The notes under the pieces were generated by a model. The model saw only the letters and a list, made by a program, of their open reading frames with translations. It did not search any database and was not told the origin of the DNA. Both the position numbers and the translations under genes were made by a program. This document shows, in pieces, positions 1 to 7,859 of a stretch of 54,935 nt of DNA. This DNA comes from a virus (taxonomy: Duplodnaviria; Caudoviricetes): the IMG/VR virus record IMGVR_UViG_3300036771_000058, positions 1 through 54,935 of that record; one strand, 5' to 3'. How positions within the stretch are numbered: position 1 is the stretch's first letter; each line of letters begins with the position of its first letter.

Positions 1-168
1 ATGAAGAAAGAAACTGCGGTGCAGGTGCAAAGTGAACTTCAAGTAGTAGAAAGCGAGATTCGTAAGATGGAATATCACTTGGTGGGATTGGATAACGAGA
101 AACGGAAGACGAAACTTTCCTTGGAAGAGTTGCAGATACAGAAAGAGAAATTGAAAAGTTACTTATAA
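1..168 (+). CDS. Small coiled-coil phage protein (55 aa); second allele at 54211-54378
   Basis: Hand-translated MKKETAVQVQ...KLKSYL*; the copy at 54211 has RBS GGAGGG. Confidence 0.7.
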   Translation: MKKETAVQVQSELQVVESEIRKMEYHLVGLDNEKRKTKLSLEELQIQKEKLKSYL

Positions 169-181
169 GGAGCGGATAAGC

Positions 182-682
182 ATGAATTTACGAGTGAAGA
201 TTAAGAGATTGAAAGATGTGGAATTGCCAAAATACGCAAGAGAATTTGATGCTGGTTTTGATCTGGTAGCGGCTGAGGATGTGATTATTAATCCAGGAGA
301 AACCAAAGTAATACCTACAGGCCTTGCGTTTGAAATTCCACCAGGAAATGAGATGCAAATACGTCCTAGGAGTGGAATATCAGCAAAAACGAGATTACGA
401 GTGGTTTTAGGAACTGTAGATAGTGGTTATAGATCAGAGGTTGGAATTATAGTAAATAACATTTCATTTGATACATGGTCTAATGCAGCAAGGAACATTG
501 ATAATTCATATGTAGAGGAAACAAGAAATAAATGTGAGCCAGGTTCATATATCATTCGCAAAGGTGATAGACTCGCTCAAGGCGTCATAGCGCCAGTGGT
601 AACAGCGAATTTTGTTGAGGTGGATAAACTGTCAGAAAGTGATCGTGATTCAAGTGGGTTTGGGTCTACCGGCGTCAAATGA
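182..682 (+). CDS. dut: dUTPase (trimeric), allele A
   Basis: Motifs AGFDL, RPRSG, GTVDSGYR, RLAQG, GFGSTG. Confidence 0.95.
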   Translation: MNLRVKIKRLKDVELPKYAREFDAGFDLVAAEDVIINPGETKVIPTGLAFEIPPGNEMQIRPRSGISAKTRLRVVLGTVDSGYRSEVGIIVNNISFDTWSNAARNIDNSYVEETRNKCEPGSYIIRKGDRLAQGVIAPVVTANFVEVDKLSESDRDSSGFGSTGVK

Positions 683-698
683 AAAAGAGGTGATTAAT

Positions 699-1292
699 AT
701 GGATGGGAAAGTATGCAGGAAGTGCAAAGAATGGAAAGTGTACAGTGATTATCCTGAAAATAAGAAATGTAAAAACGGGCGTGAAGGGACATGTAGAAAT
801 TGCAGAAGTGAATATAGTAAACGGTGGCACGAAGAAAACAAAGAGAGTAGAGCTAAAAAAACTAAACGATGGTATGAGGAAAATAAGGAACGGAAAGCTG
901 AATCTGATAGGCGATGGTATGAAAAGAATAAAGAACATAGAGCGGAACAAAGAAGGAAGTGGGAAAAAGAAAATCAGGAAAAAAGATATAGTTATGGCGT
1001 TAAAAGGCGTTCTCTTAAACATAATGTAAAGTTTACACCATCTCAACGAACGGAATTGTTGAACAAAGACAATTGGACATGCCAATGTTGCGGTATAAAA
1101 GTTCATGACAGGCGTACAGACGATTGGAACACACATGATAAAGCGCATATAGATCATTTAATCCCTCTGACAAAAGGAGGAGATTCTACACCAGATAATC
1201 TCCAAGTTTTATGTCGTACTTGCAATATTAAAAAACATAACAAAACGGAAATTGAAATCGAACAAACCGGACAGGCTAGGTTAGTAATCTGA
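699..1292 (+). CDS. HNH (homing-type) endonuclease with N-terminal Zn ribbon
   Basis: CxxC pairs and HIDHLIP..GG..N..LC..CN motif; ATG at 699 follows RBS GAGGTGA. Confidence 0.88.
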   Translation: MDGKVCRKCKEWKVYSDYPENKKCKNGREGTCRNCRSEYSKRWHEENKESRAKKTKRWYEENKERKAESDRRWYEKNKEHRAEQRRKWEKENQEKRYSYGVKRRSLKHNVKFTPSQRTELLNKDNWTCQCCGIKVHDRRTDDWNTHDKAHIDHLIPLTKGGDSTPDNLQVLCRTCNIKKHNKTEIEIEQTGQARLVI

Positions 1293-1293
1293 G

Positions 1294-1355
1294 GATAGAC
1301 TATCGGATTCAGAGAGAGGCGCAGTCGTGGTTTCGGAAGCACAGGAGTGAAGTAA
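1294..1355 (+). pseudogene. dut: Orphaned 3' end of a dUTPase gene with a 2-nt frameshift
   Basis: Reads DRLSDSERG, then after a 2-nt shift SRGFGSTGVK*, immediately after the HNH stop. Confidence 0.8.
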
Positions 1356-1406
1356 GACCAAATTTGAATTTTGTTAAGAAATAGGAATACGAAAGGATGA
1401 TAGTAA

Positions 1407-1793
1407 ATGTACTTTATTTCAAAAGAAGAGGATTTAATTGGGAAAGAAATAGCTTTTACACACATGGCTCAATTTGCTAAAGCTATTACAATCGTTACAA
1501 AAGATAAGGGAATCTTAGTAGTTGAGCAATTCCAAGATGATGGCAGCAGTGAAATCGGTGTGTACGGCAAAGGCAACGCAAGAGCATACGTGTTAAATCA
1601 TAATTGGTTAAGAAAAACATTGCATGAAAAAGGGATAATCTCTCATGAAGAGATTCAAGAATATGAGAATCAAAGACTCTTACAACAACAGAAACAACAA
1701 GAAGAATACAAAAGGAAAAAAGAAGAGCAGGAAAGAGAAACGTATGAACGGCTAAAAGCGAAATTTGAGGGTTCAAATATTCAACAAAACTAA
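1407..1793 (+). CDS. Hypothetical phage protein
   Basis: 128-aa ORF with RBS, co-oriented with the operon. Confidence 0.75.
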   Translation: MYFISKEEDLIGKEIAFTHMAQFAKAITIVTKDKGILVVEQFQDDGSSEIGVYGKGNARAYVLNHNWLRKTLHEKGIISHEEIQEYENQRLLQQQKQQEEYKRKKEEQERETYERLKAKFEGSNIQQN

Positions 1794-1830
1794 ACAAAAG
1801 CGTTATTTTAATCGAAAAGGGGAATGAAAA

Positions 1831-2010
1831 ATGAATAAAGTTGAATTTAATCAAAATAGTTTTGGACAACAGTTAATAATCACTGGTTTAGCAAGATTGG
1901 TTGAAGAGGAAGGTTTAACACCGCATGAAGCATTTGACGTTTTAAGGCTCATTCAAAATAATACTTTTCACGCATTAGCAGATTTACACAAGGAATACAA
2001 AAATAACTAA
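1831..2010 (+). CDS. Small hypothetical protein (59 aa)
   Basis: Hand-translated MNKVEFNQNSFGQQ...; RBS AAGGGGA. Confidence 0.65.
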   Translation: MNKVEFNQNSFGQQLIITGLARLVEEEGLTPHEAFDVLRLIQNNTFHALADLHKEYKNN

Positions 2011-2045
2011 ACAAAAACTTCATTTTAAACTAAAGGGGGATGAAT

Positions 2046-2249
2046 ATGCATATTCCATGGAACAAGCGAGTATATGCGTTGTATCAAGGTGATCAGTTTA
2101 TTACAGAGGGAACAATTTTAGAGGTTAGTGAAAAAAACAAATAAATCATTAGATTGGATTCGGTGCATGTTGGCTCCAAGCTATGAAAAAAATGGGGTAA
2201 TAGCACAAAGCGGCTTCGGTTGATTCGATTAGATGACGAAGAAGAATAG
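2046..2249 (+). pseudogene. Small phage gene with two poly-A frameshifts
   Basis: MHIPWNKRVYALYQGDQFITEGT... stops early; a continuous 67-aa product results if one A is removed near 2131-2137 and one is added near 2186-2192. Confidence 0.5.
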
Positions 2250-2279
2250 TATAAAAATTTCATTTTGTAGAAAAGGGGA

Positions 2280-2489
2280 ATGGATATGGGAAATTATCGC
2301 AGTTTATATGTATCGCTTAAAAGTAATGATGAACAACAAACGTTTTTTAGTACCGAAAGCTTTAGAGATATTATGGATTATCTGAATGAAGAAAAATTCA
2401 TCATGCTTTTTGATCTTGTTGATGGGATATACCTGCCATGTGCATTGAACACGGATGATATTAGTGCGATATACAGAGGGAAGGAATAA
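2280..2489 (+). CDS. Hypothetical protein
   Basis: ORF with RBS AAGGGGA. Confidence 0.65.
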   Translation: MDMGNYRSLYVSLKSNDEQQTFFSTESFRDIMDYLNEEKFIMLFDLVDGIYLPCALNTDDISAIYRGKE

Positions 2490-2548
2490 AAGAGCAGCTA
2501 GCAAAAGTTAACTGCTCACCTAATGGAGGTCTTGTCTCAACTAGGTGT
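2488..2548 (-). ncRNA. Candidate small RNA from a sigG/sigF-like promoter
   Basis: Minus-strand GAATA(2580-2576)-17nt-AATACTA(2558-2552); hairpin with ACCUCC loop; terminator 2492-2517 followed by U4. Confidence 0.45.
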
Positions 2549-2597
2549 CTATAGTATTTACGGAATATTGAGTTTTATTCAGGGGAGGTAGAGGGAA

Positions 2598-2870
2598 ATG
2601 AACTTTTATAAAGTAATGTTTGCATTCGGTGAACATATTAAAGTCATTAGAGCAAAGAATCGATTTGAAGCGGTTGGTTATTACTTAATGGATGTTATGA
2701 AGTATGGAGATATACATGATCTTGTTGTTGAGGAAATGGAGCCAACTGAAAAAATCGAGTGGGAATGCATTGGATTTCCTGTTTATAAAACGTTAGAGGA
2801 AATTTACAAGGAAAAAGAAACGATTTGGTCCGATGATACTCCGAGTGTGGTTGTAAGTTTAGAAAACTGA
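2598..2870 (+). CDS. Hypothetical protein
   Basis: 90-aa ORF with RBS GGAGG. Confidence 0.7.
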   Translation: MNFYKVMFAFGEHIKVIRAKNRFEAVGYYLMDVMKYGDIHDLVVEEMEPTEKIEWECIGFPVYKTLEEIYKEKETIWSDDTPSVVVSLEN

Positions 2871-2908
2871 ACAAAATAATCCTTTGAATAGAAAGTGAGG
2901 TTAAGAGA

Positions 2909-3082
2909 ATGGAAGGTAACGTAAAGCTATTAGGTGCAGAAGGAATGTGTGGAATGGAGTTTAGAGGAAATAAGGTTAATGTTTATAACGATGAAGGATA
3001 CGTGATGGAGAGTATGACAACAAGGGAGCATGTTCAGGAAGTTATTGATTTTCTTGAAGAGTGTAAAGAACAAATGGAATAG
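2909..3082 (+). CDS. Small hypothetical protein (57 aa)
   Basis: Hand-translated MEGNVKLLGAEGMCGMEF...; RBS lies in the repeat. Confidence 0.65.
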   Translation: MEGNVKLLGAEGMCGMEFRGNKVNVYNDEGYVMESMTTREHVQEVIDFLEECKEQME

Positions 3083-3099
3083 AAAGTGAGGTTAGGAGA

Positions 3100-3261
3100 A
3101 TGGAATGGTCATATACGTTACCGTATTTGCCGTGTGTTCCACTGTGGATCTACATAATTGTGACTTTAATTAAAATATGTAGAACGCCTACAACAGTAGA
3201 AGAACTTCATGAACATCATTGGAAAGAATTTTTGAAATTAGATAGGAAGATGCGTAAATAA
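3100..3261 (+). CDS. Small protein with hydrophobic N-terminus (53 aa)
   Basis: Hand-translated MEWSYTLPYLPCVPLWIYIIVTLIK...; RBS AGGAG. Confidence 0.55.
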   Translation: MEWSYTLPYLPCVPLWIYIIVTLIKICRTPTTVEELHEHHWKEFLKLDRKMRK

Positions 3262-3289
3262 TCCTTTGAATAGAAAGTGAGGTTACAAG

Positions 3290-3712
3290 TTGATTAGAAA
3301 GAAAAAGTCTACATCTAAGAAAAAGAATGCACCACGTATTAAACAGAAGAAAGTGACATACGACGGAATCAATTTCGATTCACAGTCAGAAATGAACTAT
3401 TACAAGTACTTAAAAGGCAGGGGTGACGTCACTCATATAGAGTGCCACCCTAGTTATATATTAATCCCTTCTTTTGAGATTAAGAGCAGCATAACGAAGC
3501 GTGGTAAGTCGAAAAAGGCAGCCTCTAGGTTTACACCAGATTTTAAAGTAACGTACTCAGATGGGTGTATAGAAGTGATTGATGTTAAAGGGAGCAAGAA
3601 GGCAATCAATGAAGGATTCCCTATCAGAAAGAAGTTATGGGAGTACCTAAACAAACAGGAGTTAGTCGTTGTGATATGGGACAAGAAGTTAGGTGAATGG
3701 ACAAGATCATAA
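3290..3712 (+). CDS. DUF1064-like PD-(D/E)XK nuclease
   Basis: YDGINFDSQSE ... FTPDF ... VIDVKG motifs. Confidence 0.8.
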   Translation: MIRKKKSTSKKKNAPRIKQKKVTYDGINFDSQSEMNYYKYLKGRGDVTHIECHPSYILIPSFEIKSSITKRGKSKKAASRFTPDFKVTYSDGCIEVIDVKGSKKAINEGFPIRKKLWEYLNKQELVVVIWDKKLGEWTRS

Positions 3713-3915
3713 AAGGGGTGAGTGTCATCAGAAGATACGAAGGTACACGAGAATACACGTTATTCCGAAAAGAACCAGGGTTTGGAGATAATCAGTACGT
3801 TACGATATTCGATGTATTTAAGTATCAGGAGTTAGTGGACCATTTTAATGATGGTTGGAGAATTCATGATGAGGATAAGAAGATAGCAGCCATAAGTAAG
3901 AAAGTATCGGCTTAA
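3697..3915 (+). CDS. Hypothetical protein
   Basis: ORF in the operon; start uncertain. Confidence 0.55.
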   Translation: MDKIIKGVSVIRRYEGTREYTLFRKEPGFGDNQYVTIFDVFKYQELVDHFNDGWRIHDEDKKIAAISKKVSA

Positions 3916-4053
3916 TGGATAATGGAACAATGCGCAATAGTGTGGTGGGGGCTATGTTAATGCGCGATGTTCCCTTATTCAACAATGAGATAATAAAATT
4001 TCACGTACCTTATGTGGTGTTAAAAAGACAAATTCGAAATAGGGGGATTACAG

Positions 4054-4440
4054 ATGGAGCAATTGGCATTCTTTCCAGAAATTACGAATGAGGAGTACAA
4101 AAAGATACAGAGAGAAGTTGCAAAGGCGTTGTTCAACTATAGAGCTTTAAAAGTTCGTATGATTAATCAGGAGGAGTGTGCAACAGAAAATATCAGTAGT
4201 CCTTTTGTTGAAATACGTAATACAAAGAAAATAAAGGATATAAAGTACATTCAAATTAAGAGATCGTTAGAACATGCGCTAGATCCAGAGCAGAGAGAAA
4301 TTATTGAGAGGAAGTATCTTAATAATGGATTAATGAGCGATAAAGCTGTAAAGGCACAAATGATGCTAGAAAATAACTGGTTCTATACACAAAAGAGACA
4401 TGCGATTATGGCACTCGCTGAGTCATTACTGATTATATAA
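4054..4440 (+). CDS. ArpU/RinA-family late transcriptional activator
   Basis: About 130 aa with C-terminal sigma-region-4-like HTH (ALDPEQREIIERKYL...FY..K..AI..LA); position before the late genes. Confidence 0.85.
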   Translation: MEQLAFFPEITNEEYKKIQREVAKALFNYRALKVRMINQEECATENISSPFVEIRNTKKIKDIKYIQIKRSLEHALDPEQREIIERKYLNNGLMSDKAVKAQMMLENNWFYTQKRHAIMALAESLLII

Positions 4441-4662
4441 ATGGGGGAAAGAGAAATGAATGCAGAAAGGTTAAAGTCCTACGCAAAAAGACAGGAAAAG
4501 AAAGCAGAGCTATTTGAAAGTAAGTTTCTTGATTATAGAAATAAGATGCTTAAACTCTATTATTTGATTGATGACGAAGCGATGAGAGAAGATATAAAAT
4601 CATTTTTACAAGATGAACAAGGTGATATAGTGTTTGGTTCAATTGAAGAATGTTTTGAGTGA
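4441..4662 (+). CDS. Hypothetical protein
   Basis: 73-aa ORF. Confidence 0.6.
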   Translation: MGEREMNAERLKSYAKRQEKKAELFESKFLDYRNKMLKLYYLIDDEAMREDIKSFLQDEQGDIVFGSIEECFE

Positions 4663-4667
4663 AAAAA

Positions 4668-4740
4668 CACGGATAAAATGCGGATAAATTAACGATAAAG
4701 GAGCGGATAAGCAAATGCGCGATTCGAATTATTATTATCT
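4668..4740 (+). promoter_or_regulatory. Putative late promoter with (C)GGATAA direct repeats (ArpU-binding candidates)
   Basis: Four roughly 11-bp-spaced CGGATAAA-like repeats followed by a TATTAT -10; RinA/ArpU proteins are known to bind direct repeats upstream of late operons. Confidence 0.55.
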
Positions 4741-4744
4741 TACA

Positions 4745-5657
4745 AGCTCATTAAAGAGTTTTGAACAGCCCTTTGACAACCGCATACCGAAGAGGATTAA
4801 CACTCCTATTAGTGAATGTTCTGATGCGAGAATGTCACGGTAACGTATACCGCATAGTAGGGCGGGCAAGGCGGTACGAACCCGCGTTAAGACGAAAAGA
4901 CCAATGAATGTATAACAATGACATATTCCAGTGTGGCGGGTGTGAGATAACTCGCATTCGTCATACTGTTTTACTTCTCATTGAGTGTATAAACGTACCG
5001 CCTTTCGTTTGTAGGCTCATAGGTAGTAAAACCACCCTGTCATGTGGTTTCTTGATTTCTATGTTAAAAATGGATCGTTTTACCGATGGGATATGATGGT
5101 TCGTTCGATTGAATGAACTTCATGCTATAAGAGAAGTATCAATTGATTTATTAGGAGTTGCTCACGACAATAACTGATGTAAGTCAAGGTTCTTCTTCTA
5201 AACGATTAAACGAGCAGAGAGCTTTCGCTCTTTGTTTGAGCCAATACAACTGAACATTCCCCTCAGTCTTGTGTATTGGTTCAAACAAGGCGCCGGAAGA
5301 AAGATATGTGTCTTGGATATAATCACATTGTGTAAAAGAAATTGGCGAAAATGACATTAAGTAGCCGAAGTATTGAGCCAATAAGACAAGTGGTGCGTGA
5401 TACCCTTAAATCACATGACAATCTCCACGGAGTATAAATGAGAGGACGATTCTTAGTCTTCTCCCAGTCACCGACACGGGGCGTGTAGCCATACTATTGA
5501 TGCGGTGGCTTGGAGAAGGTTGAGAGTATCTAGAATACCAGTGACCTTCACATAAACATATACCCCTATGTTTTGAATGTAGATTTCTCCCATCCCCTTT
5601 AATTTTTTTTATAAGTCGTAAAGGAGCCGTTACTTAATTGTGACGGTTCTTATTTTT
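4745..5657 (+). ncRNA. Long structured non-coding late-leader RNA / sRNA cluster
   Basis: No credible ORF; hairpins at 4862-4885, 4968-5032, 5231-5289, 5450-5526; G-U pairs favour the + strand; terminator at 5623-5657. Confidence 0.6.
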
Positions 5658-5749
5658 GGGAAGAGGGTTTAATTACCACTATAAAAAAATATCAAACTTG
5701 CTATATTAAAAAGAGTATTAGTTTATTTTTTATGGCAAGGAGATAAAGG

Positions 5750-5872
5750 ATGGATAAAAAGAAAGCAGAAGAACTTTTAGAAATTATAAATTCTTTTGAT
5801 GATATTGAAAAATTCATTGAAATGGTAAAAGAAATCGAGAAAAACATGAATGATAACAAAAGGCATCCATAA
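5750..5872 (+). CDS. Small moron-like protein (40 aa)
   Basis: MDKKKAEELLEIINSF...; RBS AAGGAG; terminator-like hairpin follows. Confidence 0.55.
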   Translation: MDKKKAEELLEIINSFDDIEKFIEMVKEIEKNMNDNKRHP

Positions 5873-6048
5873 AGGGTGTCTTTTTATTTTTTATAGAATT
5901 TTATTAGGAAAAAATCGGTTCGCCCGGTTTGTACAGGTGGGGTACTGCTCCACCCTTAGTTTAGAGAGAATAATTTTATTTGTTATATAGAAATTACACA
6001 TTAAACGTTATTATGAATGAAATGGATATTCGATTAGGAGGATGAAGG

Positions 6049-6315
6049 ATGGAAGAAAATAATGTTGTTTCAATGAAAGTTTATGTAGATACGAAAGAAG
6101 CTAGCGAACGTATCGAAGAACTAACAGGATTAGTTAATAATTGCGCTGACGGATTTGAAAGACTAAGTGAAGCGATGAAACTCTTTAAAGTTGATATGCA
6201 AGGTGAAGTTAACACTTCTGTTAGTGTTGAATTAGATGGGAAAGAACTTGCTAAATCCTTAGACAAAGAAATGGCTCAACTGGCAAGTATTAAAACAATA
6301 AGTAAGAATGACTAA
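6049..6315 (+). CDS. Hypothetical protein
   Basis: RBS AGGAGG; 88 aa. Confidence 0.7.
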   Translation: MEENNVVSMKVYVDTKEASERIEELTGLVNNCADGFERLSEAMKLFKVDMQGEVNTSVSVELDGKELAKSLDKEMAQLASIKTISKND

Positions 6316-6414
6316 ACCAATAGCAATTATCGTAGGCGCTGCCGTGATCTGGTGAGCGTCTTGTTTGTTGTTAAGTGATGATAAGCGCAAACGTGTTGCA
6401 TTTAGGGAAAAGGA

Positions 6415-6666
6415 GTGAGGAGAATGAATTTTTACGCTATAGCTTATCAATTCGAAGAAGACTCATTTTATGATTTATCAACGCAAGAGGAGACGCTATC
6501 TTTAAAAGAAACGTGTTTTCTTCCAACTAAAAAATTAGCACAAAAAGTTATTGATGAAGAACTGTCAGTTAAATATGTTCCTGTTGAAATAACACTTACT
6601 TCTCTACAAGAGAATGGGATTTGGTCTTATGAACGAGGTCAAGTAGATACATGGGATGAAGAATGA
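6415..6666 (+). CDS. Hypothetical protein
   Basis: ORF with RBS; likely start is ATG 6424. Confidence 0.65.
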   Translation: MRRMNFYAIAYQFEEDSFYDLSTQEETLSLKETCFLPTKKLAQKVIDEELSVKYVPVEITLTSLQENGIWSYERGQVDTWDEE

Positions 6667-6902
6667 TGTGGGGCCCAACTACTTTTAAAGATGTACTAGA
6701 GTTCTTTTGGGAATATAAGTGGTATGTATTGAAGATATCATGTGTTCCTTTCTTAATTGGATTAGGAACAGGTTGGCTTATATGGGGATGAATTGGATAG
6801 ACTTCTTCGGAATCTTAATATGGGTAAGCATCCTCCGCATGTATTATCGATATGTTACAAAACAAACGAACACAACGAACGAAAATAGAGGAGGGGGAAA
6901 TA

Positions 6903-7232
6903 ATGATGAAAGAAAAAGATTTAAACATTTCAGAAGTACGCGGAGCTAAAAAGAATATTTCGGACCTACAAGTGTACGGAGATGGTGATACATTCGCTCT
7001 ACTTTGCAAGGCTAGTTCCCAAGAGCAAGGATGGATGAAGTCTACAAAAGTATGTAATGTGATTGGTGGCTGTGTAATGCAAGTGACAACACGACAAAAG
7101 AATCCAGACGGAAGTTATTCTGTTGCTGAAGCTTTAACTTATGCACCTGGCGTTCATATCGATACAAAAAGTGAACCGAGAAGATTAGTTACTTGTTTCG
7201 ATAAAACGTCTCCTGTTATCGAACAAAAATAG
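6903..7232 (+). CDS. Hypothetical phage protein
   Basis: RBS GGAGGGGG then ATG. Confidence 0.7.
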   Translation: MMKEKDLNISEVRGAKKNISDLQVYGDGDTFALLCKASSQEQGWMKSTKVCNVIGGCVMQVTTRQKNPDGSYSVAEALTYAPGVHIDTKSEPRRLVTCFDKTSPVIEQK

Positions 7233-7302
7233 AGATAGTTAACAAAGTGAAGTTTATGCAGGAAATAATGAGCAGATAGAGGAGGAAGATGAATGAATTT
7301 GT

Positions 7303-7488
7303 TTGAAAAAAATATTAACTGAAGTAAGAGCAGAAATAAAAGCATTAGATGAATTTGAGGAAAGCTTACGATTACCAGCACAACAAATGTACATCTTGTA
7401 TAAATCATATGTAGATGCTGGTTTTAGCGAAGAACAAGCTCTTGAGTTAATTAAAGGTATGCTGATTAGTGGCATAAATCAAAACTAG
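7303..7488 (+). CDS. Small hypothetical protein; N-terminus possibly frameshifted in a poly-A run
   Basis: YVDAGFSEEQALEL; the strong RBS GAGGAGG points to out-of-frame ATGs. Confidence 0.5.
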   Translation: MKKILTEVRAEIKALDEFEESLRLPAQQMYILYKSYVDAGFSEEQALELIKGMLISGINQN

Positions 7489-7547
7489 AAATAAAAAATA
7501 TCTGTTCTTTATTCTATATAAGAGTTTATCGATGAGGTGAGTGGTAG

Positions 7548-7859
7548 ATGAAAGACGCGTATTATAAAATTGGCGGAGTTAAGTATAAAGTTGTTCCAGT
7601 TAAAGGGATGGCTAAAGAACATGGTGTGTTAGGGCAAATTCTATATGACGATTTAGTTATCAAAATAGATGCTGATTTACCACCTGATCGAATGGAAGAA
7701 ACATTCGTACATGAATTGCTACATGGCATCTTCTTCGAAGCGGGTTATGAAGAACAAGATGAAGACATGATTAATCGTGTTGGAAAGGTCTTATTTCAAG
7801 TTTTTAGAGACAATCCTATTCGAGAAGAGAAAGATTCCGTTGAAACGTGGTTCAAATAA
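7548..7859 (+). CDS. HExxH Zn-metallopeptidase-like protein (ImmA/IrrE-like)
   Basis: TFVHELLHGI motif. Confidence 0.7.
   Translation: MKDAYYKIGGVKYKVVPVKGMAKEHGVLGQILYDDLVIKIDADLPPDRMEETFVHELLHGIFFEAGYEEQDEDMINRVGKVLFQVFRDNPIREEKDSVETWFK

Larger units (their letters stand above)
2874..3285 (+). repeat. 30-bp direct repeat AAATAATCCTTTGAATAGAAAGTGAGGTTA (2874-2903, 3256-3285; partial copy 3077-3094) at gene junctions
   Basis: Read directly; each copy contains the RBS of the next gene. Confidence 0.9.

Noticed and set aside
4994-5005. Loop TACCGCCTTT as an antisense to the TMP RBS (AAAGGCGGT)
   Set aside because: Only 9 nt of SD-like complementarity, and the local 11-nt partner at 4868-4878 is a better explanation
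4908-5381. 62-aa and 65-aa ORFs in the late leader
   Set aside because: No RBS, atypical composition, and overlap with strong RNA stems
4745-5657. tRNA genes or a group I/II intron in the late leader
   Set aside because: No cloverleaf with a T-loop/anticodon arm and no interrupted host gene could be identified by eye; tRNAscan/Infernal is needed to exclude this fully
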